A stretch of DNA of 64,000 nt from Minisyncoccota bacterium (GTDB taxonomy: Bacteria; Patescibacteriota; Minisyncoccia; Phycocordibacterales; UBA6065). The first letter of the stretch is position 1, and each line of letters starts with the position of its first letter. A program made the translations under genes and the position numbers. The notes below the pieces were generated by a model. The model saw only the letters and a program-made list of their open reading frames with translations, was not told where the DNA came from and did no database searches. Shown here one piece after another: positions 1 through 8,104 of the stretch. The stretch is from NCBI GenBank assembly GCA_035714745.1, contig DASTLR010000008.1, positions 7,394 through 71,393 of the forward strand, in the 5' to 3' direction.

Positions 1-1
1 C

Positions 2-1099
2 TTGGCCCTCGACAGTTACACGGGAAACATCGTCGACCTCTTTGAGGGCCAGAAAGACCTGGGAAAGGGCATTATCCGCACGGTAGGCGACCCTCACGAG
101 AGGCTATCCGAGGACGCCCTGCGTATCATGCGAGCTATACGTATAGCCGCAGAATTAGGGTTTTCCATCGAAAAGAACACCCTGGAAGCCTTGAGAACGC
201 ATGCACCGCTCCTGGGCCATATCGCCAAAGAGCGCATCCGCGACGAATTCACACGGATCATCATGTCGGATACTCCAATGGATGCGTTGAAGATGGCTCG
301 AGACATTGGCATCCTACGGTTTATAGCCCCAGAATTGGAGGAGGGGGTGGGCATGAAACAGCCCCAGGCGCACGCATACGATGTCTGGGAACACCTCCTC
401 CGAACGATACAGCACGCCGCCGACAAGAAATATAGCCTGGAAATTAGGCTCGCGGCGCTCTTTCACGATATCGGCAAACCCAGGACGCGTCGGATTTCAC
501 ATGAAACAGGGCAATATACGTTCTACGGCCACGAGGTTGTCGGCGCCAATATGACGAGAAAAATCCTCAAGGACCTGCGTTTCACCAATAAGGTCATAGA
601 CGAGGTGGTGAAACTGGTCCGCTGGCACATGTTCTTCTCGGATACCGAGCAGATAACCCTGTCTGCCGTCAGGCGCATGGTCGCGAACGTGGGCAAGGAT
701 CGCATCTGGGACCTAATGAACGTGCGCATCTGCGACAGGATCGGTACCGGCCGCCCAAAGGAAAACCCATACCGCCTGCGCAAATACCGGGCGATGGTCG
801 AGGAAGCCCTGCGCGATCCGATCTCCGTCGGCATGCTCAAGATCGACGGCAAAAAGATCATGGAGACCGCCGGCCTGAAGCCTAGCGCAAAGATCGGCCT
901 GATATTGAATGCTCTGATGGAAGAAGTGCTCGAAGAGCCACGAAAGAACACGGAGGAACACTTGATACAGAGAACACGGGAACTGCAAGAACTTCCCGAA
1001 ACAGAGCTGAAAAAGCTGGCAGCCATAGGCAAGGAAAAGAAGATGAAGGCCGAGGAAGAGGAGATAGCCAGGATCAGAGGCAGGCACGGAGTAGAGTAA
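2..1099 (+). CDS. cca: CCA tRNA nucleotidyltransferase with HD domain (5' truncated by window)
   Basis: EDALRIMRAIR and ERIRDEF poly(A)pol/CCA motifs; H..DVWEH and LFHDIGKP HD domain. Confidence 0.9.
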   Translation: MALDSYTGNIVDLFEGQKDLGKGIIRTVGDPHERLSEDALRIMRAIRIAAELGFSIEKNTLEALRTHAPLLGHIAKERIRDEFTRIIMSDTPMDALKMARDIGILRFIAPELEEGVGMKQPQAHAYDVWEHLLRTIQHAADKKYSLEIRLAALFHDIGKPRTRRISHETGQYTFYGHEVVGANMTRKILKDLRFTNKVIDEVVKLVRWHMFFSDTEQITLSAVRRMVANVGKDRIWDLMNVRICDRIGTGRPKENPYRLRKYRAMVEEALRDPISVGMLKIDGKKIMETAGLKPSAKIGLILNALMEEVLEEPRKNTEEHLIQRTRELQELPETELKKLAAIGKEKKMKAEEEEIARIRGRHGVE

Positions 1100-1123
1100 A
1101 ACGGCTCTACATAGCCGCTTTTT
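1098..1123. terminator. Bidirectional intrinsic terminator
   Basis: AAAACGGCT-ctacat-AGCCGCTTTTT directly after the cca stop. Confidence 0.6.
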
Positions 1124-1463
1124 GCTACTTAGGCAGATACAAATAACCGCCTGCACGGAATCCGTACAAGCGGCTCCCAAAGGATCGCTTGATGAGTGTA
1201 GGGCGCTTAACCGCAAGGTTAGCGCGCATAAAATTGTATGATGTCGCCATTTGAACGGCTAACGTCACTGCACTCGTCTGAGAGATCTTTTGGATTGCTG
1301 GGGAGCGAATAAGTCGCGTCACCCGAGATAAGATCGCTGGGCTACGGGACGCCCAGCAAACTAGATTCTTTCGGAAGAATCCACTTTGCTGAGCAGCGCG
1401 CAGACCGATCGCGACCGAAACCAAAACCTTTACCGACCGAACATATTTGGAAGAGCTCGTCCT
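1124..1463 (-). ncRNA. Unidentified structured RNA candidate (~340 nt)
   Basis: Intergenic, many nested stems, extended -10 (TGcTAGAAT at 1478-1470) on the minus strand and a terminator at the far end; strand not certain. Confidence 0.4.
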
Positions 1464-1469
1464 GGAGAT

Positions 1470-1535
1470 ATTCTAGCAGTCATAAAGGACATGTAAAGGA
1501 CAATAGTGTGGATAACTTGTCCCTTATAAAGGACA
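1470..1535 (-). promoter_or_regulatory. Promoter with repeated TGTCCTTTA sites and a perfect DnaA box
   Basis: TAAAGGACA at 1483, 1494, 1527, inverted copy at 1518; TGTGGATAA at 1507-1515; -10 at 1475-1470. Confidence 0.55.
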
Positions 1536-1548
1536 TAAAAAGATGGCT

Positions 1549-2346
1549 CTACAGAGCGATGTCCAGCAATACCGGACAATGGTCCGAGCCCATCACTTCC
1601 GGCAAGATATCTGCCTTCGTTATTTTCTTCTCTAAAGATTTCGAGGTCAGGACGTAGTCGATCCTCCAGCCGACGTTCCTCGCCCGCGCGTTGGCGAAAT
1701 GAGACCACCAGGTGTAGAAGCCGTTGCCTGTGTGAGATATGCGGAAGGTATCGACGAAGCCGGCGTCGACGAATCTCTGGAAGCCCTCGCGCTCCTCGTC
1801 GGTAAAGCCCTTCAGCCCGACGTTCTCCTTTGGCCGGGCTAGGTCGTCCGAGGTATGCGCCACGTTCAGGTCGCCGCAAAAGATGACCGGCTTTTTCTTC
1901 TCCAATTCTTTGCAGTAGGCGAGAAAGGCCGGGTCCCAGTGCTTGTGGCGCAAGGGAATGCGGGTCAGGTCGTCCTTGGCGTTGGGGGTATAGACCGTGA
2001 CGACGTAGAAATCCTTGTATTCAGCCGCTATGACGCGGCCTTCAGTACGCGGATCCCCATATTCGTCAGCGATTAGGCCATATTTCTGGCAAATCTTGTC
2101 CGGAATGCCGTTCATGACGGCCATAGGCTTCTCTCTAGTGAATATGGCCGTGCCGGAATAGCCCTTCTTTTGGGCGGAGTTCCAGTATTCCTCGTAATCT
2201 GGCAAGTCGATCACAGCCTGGCCTTGCTCGGCCTTGGTCTCTTGGAGGCAGAGGATATCGGGACGATATTTCTCTATAAATGGCAAGAAAAGGCCCTTTT
2301 TATGGACAGCGCGGATGCCATTGACGTTCCAGGAGATGATCCTCAT
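1549..2346 (-). CDS. xth: Exodeoxyribonuclease III / AP endonuclease
   Basis: MRIISWNVNGIRA, LQETK, GDLNVAH, GWRIDY, GSDHCP motifs. Confidence 0.95.
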   Translation of the reverse strand: MRIISWNVNGIRAVHKKGLFLPFIEKYRPDILCLQETKAEQGQAVIDLPDYEEYWNSAQKKGYSGTAIFTREKPMAVMNGIPDKICQKYGLIADEYGDPRTEGRVIAAEYKDFYVVTVYTPNAKDDLTRIPLRHKHWDPAFLAYCKELEKKKPVIFCGDLNVAHTSDDLARPKENVGLKGFTDEEREGFQRFVDAGFVDTFRISHTGNGFYTWWSHFANARARNVGWRIDYVLTSKSLEKKITKADILPEVMGSDHCPVLLDIAL

Positions 2347-2408
2347 CCAGATAGTATAGCAAGAAAGTCCTTGCATTTCTCATTTATATGTGCTATCCTG
2401 GTCAGACC

Positions 2409-2675
2409 ATGCTTTCAACCACCAAGAAAACCAAGGTTATCAGGAGCGTCGGCGTCCACGACAAGGACACGGGCTCGCCCGAGGTACAGATCGCCCTTTT
2501 GACTTCGAAGATCGAGGAACTGGCGAAGCATCTCAAGAAGCACGACAAGGACAAGCACTCCCGCAGGGGACTCCTGGCCATGGTCGCAGACCGCCAGAAT
2601 CATATGAAGTACCTCCAGAAGAAGCACCCAAAGAGATACTCGGCGATCGCAGCAAAGCTCGAGCTCAAGAAGTAA
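2409..2675 (+). CDS. rpsO: 30S ribosomal protein S15
   Basis: DTGSPEVQIALLT, KDKHSRRGLL. Confidence 0.97.
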   Translation: MLSTTKKTKVIRSVGVHDKDTGSPEVQIALLTSKIEELAKHLKKHDKDKHSRRGLLAMVADRQNHMKYLQKKHPKRYSAIAAKLELKK

Positions 2676-2785
2676 CGATAACCTCCGCCTCTTGGCGGAT
2701 TGGTTATTTAGGGCTATCGTTAAGCATGGTACGTCGGTTTTTAATACAGACGGTATATCTTATATATCGATAAGCAACTATTTAT

Positions 2786-3400
2786 ATGGCGATCATCAAG
2801 CACAAAGAGCAGCGCGTAGGGGTATTCCTGGACGCGCAGAACCTCTACCACAGCGCCAAGAACCTCCACCGAGGCCGCGTCAATTTCGACAACGTCCTGA
2901 AAGACGCGGTCGGGGACAGGCAGCTCGTCCGGGCCATCGCCTATGTCATCACCACGGAATCAGGCGAAGAATCGGGATTCTTTGAGGCGCTCAACAAGAT
3001 CGGCATCGAGACCAAGACCAAGGACCTGCAGATCTTCTCGTCGGGCTCGAAAAAGGCAGACTGGGACGTCGGCCTGGCTATCGACGCTGTAAAATTAGCG
3101 TCCAAGCTGGATGTAGTGGTGCTCGCCTCGGGCGACGGCGACTTCGTGCCGCTCGTCGAATACCTCAAGATGAACGGCTGCCAGGTCGAGGTCATCACCT
3201 TTGGCAAGTCGGCCTCAGGCAAGCTCAAGGAGGTTGCTGACGACTTCGTCGACCTTGACGAGAATCCGGCCCGCTATGTCATGGGCTCGTACGGAGGCAG
3301 GGCAGACAGGGGCGAAAGGCAACAGGATCGCGCAGACCGCTCCTCGACCCGTGAAGGTCGCGTCGGCGGCATGAGAAAGGTCATCCGCAAGATCCAGTAG
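2786..3400 (+). CDS. NYN-domain (LabA/DUF88, PIN-like) protein
   Basis: VFLDAQNLY, KADWDVGLAID, SGDGDFVPL. Confidence 0.9.
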   Translation: MAIIKHKEQRVGVFLDAQNLYHSAKNLHRGRVNFDNVLKDAVGDRQLVRAIAYVITTESGEESGFFEALNKIGIETKTKDLQIFSSGSKKADWDVGLAIDAVKLASKLDVVVLASGDGDFVPLVEYLKMNGCQVEVITFGKSASGKLKEVADDFVDLDENPARYVMGSYGGRADRGERQQDRADRSSTREGRVGGMRKVIRKIQ

Positions 3401-3413
3401 CCGCATGAAGTAA

Positions 3414-3441
3414 AAAACGGCGCGATTCATCGCGCCGTTTT
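3414..3441. terminator. Bidirectional intrinsic terminator
   Basis: AAAACGGCGCGAT-tc-ATCGCGCCGTTTT. Confidence 0.75.
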
Positions 3442-3461
3442 GATATGCGGGACAGGAATGC

Positions 3462-3581
3462 CTATTTTATAGTGGACATCCTGTAGATGCGCTGGCCCCG
3501 CTTGCGGATACGGACGCGCGGCGCCTTTACTCGCGAGCGGTCTGACAGGGCTTTCGCCGAGGACTTCTTTGCGGAGAGCAT
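3462..3581 (-). CDS. Possible 39-aa basic small protein
   Basis: ATG preceded by TATACT (3596-3591) and followed by the terminator; K/R-rich. Confidence 0.3.
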   Translation of the reverse strand: MLSAKKSSAKALSDRSRVKAPRVRIRKRGQRIYRMSTIK

Positions 3582-3612
3582 ACGCAGCCTAGTATAGCGT
3601 ATAATACAATCT

Positions 3613-4788
3613 ATGGGACCGCAGGAACAAAACAATAGCCGTGCGCAGGGAGTGCCGAAGCCGCCCGTTACTCCTGCCGCCGCTCGACCGAACGACGACC
3701 TGAACGCCGAAGGCATAGAGCTCGTCGGATCTGCCGTATCGTTCGACAACGAATTCACTACCGGAGCCACGGACGAACGGGAGGCCGCGCCCGTCGTCAT
3801 CCAATCCGCCGACGAAGCCCCACAGGAGCCCGAGAGCCCTGCGCGCGCCGTTCCCCAGTCGCCGACGCCCCCGGTTCCTCCAGCGCCGCCGACGCCAAAA
3901 GCCTCGCAGCAGCCGCGACCAGCTCAGGACGCGCCCCGGAACGATCCGTCGATAAAACCGATCCGTACCTATAGAAGCGACGCGGAAGAGGCGGTCAGAT
4001 ACGGCGGGGCTTCCAAGGTCAGCATGGCCGTCGCGGAGCAGCAGAAGAAGGAAAGGGAAGGAATCATGGATCTATCCCCCCGCCGATCATCGCTGGCAGG
4101 AGCGCTTGCAGCGTTCGGGCTCGTGGCGATCATTGCCGCGGGCGGTGCCTACTACTGGCTTTACCTGTCGCCAGGCGTACGGCAGGACGCGCCGTCGCAG
4201 GCGGCCTCCATATCCACGATGATACCGGCAGCGAAAGCGTCGCTCGTCGTCGTCGAACCAGAGAGCAAGCCGCTCCAGACGATCGCGCGCAAGCTGCAGG
4301 GCGCCGACGCCGGGCTCGGCAACGTCTATGCCATCATCCCTGTCTCTACGGCCACCTCGACCAGCATGGCTCCGGTCTCATCGGTCTTTGCCGGCACCAG
4401 GATGCCGAACCGCCTGCTCCGCTCGCTCGGCGAGCGCTATATGGTCGGACTCTATACCTTCGAGACGCCAAGCCCCTTCATCATCCTGACCGACACCTAT
4501 TTCCAGAACGCCTTCTCGGGAATGCTCGAGTGGGAAAGAGACCTGGCCGAAGATCTCCAGGGCTTCATATCCCTAGCGCATCCGGACGCCGCCTCTGCGG
4601 CCTTGGATAAGGCGTCATTCAAAGACGAAGTGATATCTAACGTCGATACGCGCATACTCCAGGGCGAGGATGGGCAGACCCTCTTGGCCTACGCCTTTGC
4701 GGACAAGGACACGCTCGTCATAGCAACGACCGAGACATCCCTTACATACGCCCTCGAAAGGCTCCTGCAGGTACGTACTATACAGTAA
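3613..4788 (+). CDS. Hypothetical single-pass membrane protein with Pro-rich N-terminus
   Basis: Long ORF, host-like codon usage, IRTYRSD motif then one TM helix; TATAAT 7 nt upstream. Confidence 0.8.
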   Translation: MGPQEQNNSRAQGVPKPPVTPAAARPNDDLNAEGIELVGSAVSFDNEFTTGATDEREAAPVVIQSADEAPQEPESPARAVPQSPTPPVPPAPPTPKASQQPRPAQDAPRNDPSIKPIRTYRSDAEEAVRYGGASKVSMAVAEQQKKEREGIMDLSPRRSSLAGALAAFGLVAIIAAGGAYYWLYLSPGVRQDAPSQAASISTMIPAAKASLVVVEPESKPLQTIARKLQGADAGLGNVYAIIPVSTATSTSMAPVSSVFAGTRMPNRLLRSLGERYMVGLYTFETPSPFIILTDTYFQNAFSGMLEWERDLAEDLQGFISLAHPDAASAALDKASFKDEVISNVDTRILQGEDGQTLLAYAFADKDTLVIATTETSLTYALERLLQVRTIQ

Positions 4789-4827
4789 GCGCGATTATAG
4801 GTATGATTGGCCAATAACTACAGACAC

Positions 4828-5193
4828 ATGAATACGGAACACCACAAGAAAGCGCTGGAAAAGGAGCTCAAGACCCTCGAGGCCGAGCTGAAAAGCGTCG
4901 GGCACAAGAATCCGGCGAACCCAAAGGATTGGGAGCCTCGCGCGACCGACGTGGACATCGAATCTTCCGACGTAGCCGACACCGCTGACAATATCGAGAA
5001 CTACGAATCGAACACCGCCATCCTCAAACAGCTGGAGAAACAGTACAATGACGTAAAATCGGCCTTGGACAAGATCAAAAAGGGCACCTACGGCCTCTGC
5101 GAAGTAGACGGCAAGCCGATCGAAGAGGATCGCCTCAAGGCCAATCCGTCCGCGCGCACCTGCATGAAGCACGTCGACCAGGAGAAGCGATAG
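4828..5193 (+). CDS. TraR/DksA-family protein
   Basis: Coiled coil with DxxDxA; GTYGLCEVDGKPIEEDRLKANPSARTC. Confidence 0.85.
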   Translation: MNTEHHKKALEKELKTLEAELKSVGHKNPANPKDWEPRATDVDIESSDVADTADNIENYESNTAILKQLEKQYNDVKSALDKIKKGTYGLCEVDGKPIEEDRLKANPSARTCMKHVDQEKR

Positions 5194-5219
5194 CACTCCC
5201 CCTGTACATCTCTCGCGGA

Positions 5220-5268
5220 AAGTTGTTAAATTTTCTTTATCGTTCCTTTATCTGCCCTTTGCTAGGGT
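5220..5268 (+). promoter_or_regulatory. comM promoter with tandem CTTTATC repeat motif
   Basis: 33-bp motif 29/33 identical to 46818-46850; -10 TAGGGT at 5263-5268. Confidence 0.6.
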
Positions 5269-5274
5269 AGAGGG

Positions 5275-6825
5275 ATGAGATTTTCAAAAATAGCCAGCGC
5301 CCAGAATTATCTTTTGCGGCCGCAGATCGTCACGGTCGAGACCGACATATCGAACGGCCTGCATAGCTTTTCGATCGTCGGCCTGCCGGACAAGGCAGTC
5401 GAGGAGGCCCGCGACCGCGTGAGCGCGGCTATCAAGAACTCTGGCTTCAAATCTCCGAAGCAGACGAACACGAAGATCACCGTCTCCCTGGCGCCCGCCG
5501 ATATGAAGAAAGAGGGGCCGCTCTTCGACCTGCCAATCGCCCTCGGCTATCTGACGGCGGCAGACCTCTTGCGCTTCGACCCCGAGGGCAGGCTCTTCGT
5601 CGGCGAGCTAGCCCTCGATGGGAGGCTCAGGCCGATTTCGGGAGCGCTCTCGTACGCGCGGCTGGCGCGAGAGCTGGGCATGCGCGAGATCTTCGTGCCT
5701 ATCGAGAACGCGGCCGAAGCGGCGCTGATCTCGGGCATCGACGTCTATGGGGCCGAGACGCTCGCCCAGGTCGTCTCGCACCTCGACGGATATTCAGGAG
5801 AAAAGCTCTGCGTCACGCCCGCCATCGACCCGCTCTCGCTCGCGCCCGATCGCGAGCCGGCTTCCGACCTCGACGATGTGGTAGGGCAGGACATCGCCAA
5901 GCGCGGCTTGGTAATCGCCGCGGCTGGACGCCACAACATCGCCCTCTTCGGCCCGCCCGGCACTGGCAAGACCATGCTGGCGAGAGCGCTCATGTCCATC
6001 ATGCCGCCCTTATCGCTCCAGGAGATGCTCGAAGTCACCGAGATCCACTCCGTAGCCGGCATATTGGACGGCGCGATCATGACGCGCCCGCCTGTCAGAT
6101 CGCCCCACCATACGTCATCGTATATCGCCATCGTCGGAGGGGGAGGAACCCTGCCAAAGCCCGGCGAGATCACCTTGGCCCACCGCGGCGTGCTCTTTAT
6201 GGACGAGTTCCCCGAGTTCGACAGCCGGGTCATCGAATCGCTGCGACAGCCGCTCGAGGACCGCACCATCTCCTTGGCCAGGGCAAAGGGCAGCGCCAAA
6301 TATCCAGCCGATTTCATCTTGATAGCGGCCCTGAATCCTTGTCCCTGCGGCAACAAGGGCATCATCGGCAAGACTTGCAAATGCACCCTGGGCGACATCA
6401 GGCGCTACGAAAGGCGCATCTCCGGACCGATCATAGACAGGATCGACATGTGGATCGAGGTATCGAAAGTCGAGCACGCCATGCTCATCAGGCACCGGCG
6501 AGGCTCGGCGGAGACCGATGCGGCGCGCCAGACCGTCCTCAGGGCGCGCGAGCTGCAGACGAAGCGGGCCCAAGAGCTCGGCTTAGAAACCGTATCGAAC
6601 TCCGCCGTGGCCGTTCGCGACCTGGCGCGCATCGCGCGGCTCTCCGCATCGGCGCGCGAGACTCTCGAGCGTGCCGCTCGCGTCTATGACCTTTCAGGCC
6701 GCGGATACCACCGCACGGTCAAATTGGCCCGCACCATCGCGGATATTAGCGGGTCCGAAACGATAGAAGCGCCCCACGTGCTGGAGGCGCTCCAATACAG
6801 ACAACGATATTTTATGGGGATTTAG
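5275..6825 (+). CDS. comM: YifB/ComM Mg-chelatase-like AAA+ ATPase
   Basis: IVGLPDKAVEEARDRV, GPPGTGKTM, RSPHHT, LAHRGVLFMDEFPEF, NPCPCG. Confidence 0.95.
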   Translation: MRFSKIASAQNYLLRPQIVTVETDISNGLHSFSIVGLPDKAVEEARDRVSAAIKNSGFKSPKQTNTKITVSLAPADMKKEGPLFDLPIALGYLTAADLLRFDPEGRLFVGELALDGRLRPISGALSYARLARELGMREIFVPIENAAEAALISGIDVYGAETLAQVVSHLDGYSGEKLCVTPAIDPLSLAPDREPASDLDDVVGQDIAKRGLVIAAAGRHNIALFGPPGTGKTMLARALMSIMPPLSLQEMLEVTEIHSVAGILDGAIMTRPPVRSPHHTSSYIAIVGGGGTLPKPGEITLAHRGVLFMDEFPEFDSRVIESLRQPLEDRTISLARAKGSAKYPADFILIAALNPCPCGNKGIIGKTCKCTLGDIRRYERRISGPIIDRIDMWIEVSKVEHAMLIRHRRGSAETDAARQTVLRARELQTKRAQELGLETVSNSAVAVRDLARIARLSASARETLERAARVYDLSGRGYHRTVKLARTIADISGSETIEAPHVLEALQYRQRYFMGI

Positions 6826-6826
6826 G

Positions 6827-7816
6827 CTAGAAAGGATTCGTCGCCCCGCGGATCTCGAAGTGGACGTGCGGACCGGTAGACTTGCCGGTCGAGCCCAAGA
6901 GGCCGATGGTATCGCCCTGGCCGACAGCCTGGCCCTGGACGACGTCGACTCTGCTCATATGGCCATAGAGAGTCTGGGTGCCGTTCGGATGGGAGATGAC
7001 GACATATGAGCCGTAGCCTCCGTTATAGCCGCCGGAACGCGCCACGATGACGATGCCGCTCGCCGAGGCATGGATGGGCGTGCCTGTAGGCGCAGCCAGG
7101 TCGACGCCGTTATAGCCGTGAAGGCCCTGAGACTTCCTACCGCCATCGATAGGACGGATATAGTAATCCTTGTATACAGGACCGCCGGCGCCGCGCAGGG
7201 CCTCGGTAGGATTGGCGGCGGCCCCAGGGATGGAGGCGGGAGCGGGAGCAAGCTGGGCCTCGCCGTCAGGCACGATGATAGTCGAACCCACGGAAAGCAT
7301 CCCGTCCGCTGGCAGATCGTTATAGGCGATTATGTCATTCATGTCGGCCTTGTATTTCGTGGCTATCGAACGAACGGTGTCGCCTTTAGCGACCTTGTGG
7401 CTGACGCCGTTGATCGGCAGGATGACCAGCTCGTCTCCTTCGCGGATAGGGCCTTTGATATTGTTAGCCCAGATGATGGTATTAGCAGAGACGCCGTACA
7501 TCTTTGCGATCTGAGAAAGGGAATCGCCCTGGCGCACGACATACAGGCTGATCTGGGTCGATCGGCCTTCTTGGATATCTGCCTGGGTGCCGCTCGCGCC
7601 GCTCTCCTGGATCAGGGCCATACCGTTCAGCATGGCGATATCGCCCCCGCCGACGCCTGCCGTAGCGCTCGGGCCGACGTTCGCCTGGAGGACGCCGAGG
7701 ACTTCGGACGAGCGGGCGGCCACCTTTGCGTCAGCTTCTTTATTGCCGATAAGGTCAGAAATAAAAGAAAATACGCCCGCATAGGACGTACATGGCGCGA
7801 ATATGGTAAAAAGCAA
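6827..7816 (-). CDS. LysM x2 + M23 peptidase (start uncertain)
   Basis: YVVRQGDSLSQIA LysM; HGYNGVDLAA, YGH, STGPHVHFE M23 motifs. Confidence 0.92.
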   Translation of the reverse strand: MLFTIFAPCTSYAGVFSFISDLIGNKEADAKVAARSSEVLGVLQANVGPSATAGVGGGDIAMLNGMALIQESGASGTQADIQEGRSTQISLYVVRQGDSLSQIAKMYGVSANTIIWANNIKGPIREGDELVILPINGVSHKVAKGDTVRSIATKYKADMNDIIAYNDLPADGMLSVGSTIIVPDGEAQLAPAPASIPGAAANPTEALRGAGGPVYKDYYIRPIDGGRKSQGLHGYNGVDLAAPTGTPIHASASGIVIVARSGGYNGGYGSYVVISHPNGTQTLYGHMSRVDVVQGQAVGQGDTIGLLGSTGKSTGPHVHFEIRGATNPF

Positions 7817-7924
7817 AGAAAGCTTTACGCCGTAAAGCCCGATATTAAGCCATATATTTGACCGACGTGGAACAGACGTAGAAATAGTGCTGAAATTATC
7901 CGGGAATCGCGGGGTTTTCTGGCG

Positions 7925-8071
7925 ATATGGCCTTGTTGAGCCATATTTTCAGGTAATCTGAGTTCGGTGTCCCTCCACTATACCTGCCCAGAGGGATACG
8001 TCAATCACATTTGTCCACCTGCTGTCCCCAGAGATATCTACAGCGTTGTATATGGCCTAACAAAGCCATAT
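7925..8071. promoter_or_regulatory. Two ATATGGC-N8-GCCATAT palindromic sites
   Basis: Exact palindromic arms at 7925-7946 and 8050-8071 in the divergent M23/pcrA intergenic region. Confidence 0.5.
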
Positions 8072-8104
8072 ATTGGAAAATTTAGGCTATGATATAATCG
8101 ACTT

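Noticed and set aside
1124-1463. tmRNA, RNase P RNA or SRP RNA identity for the structured region
   Set aside because: No tRNA-like GGGG 5' end or T-arm/CCA, no GAGGAAAGUCC, no SRP GGAA-loop motif on either strand.
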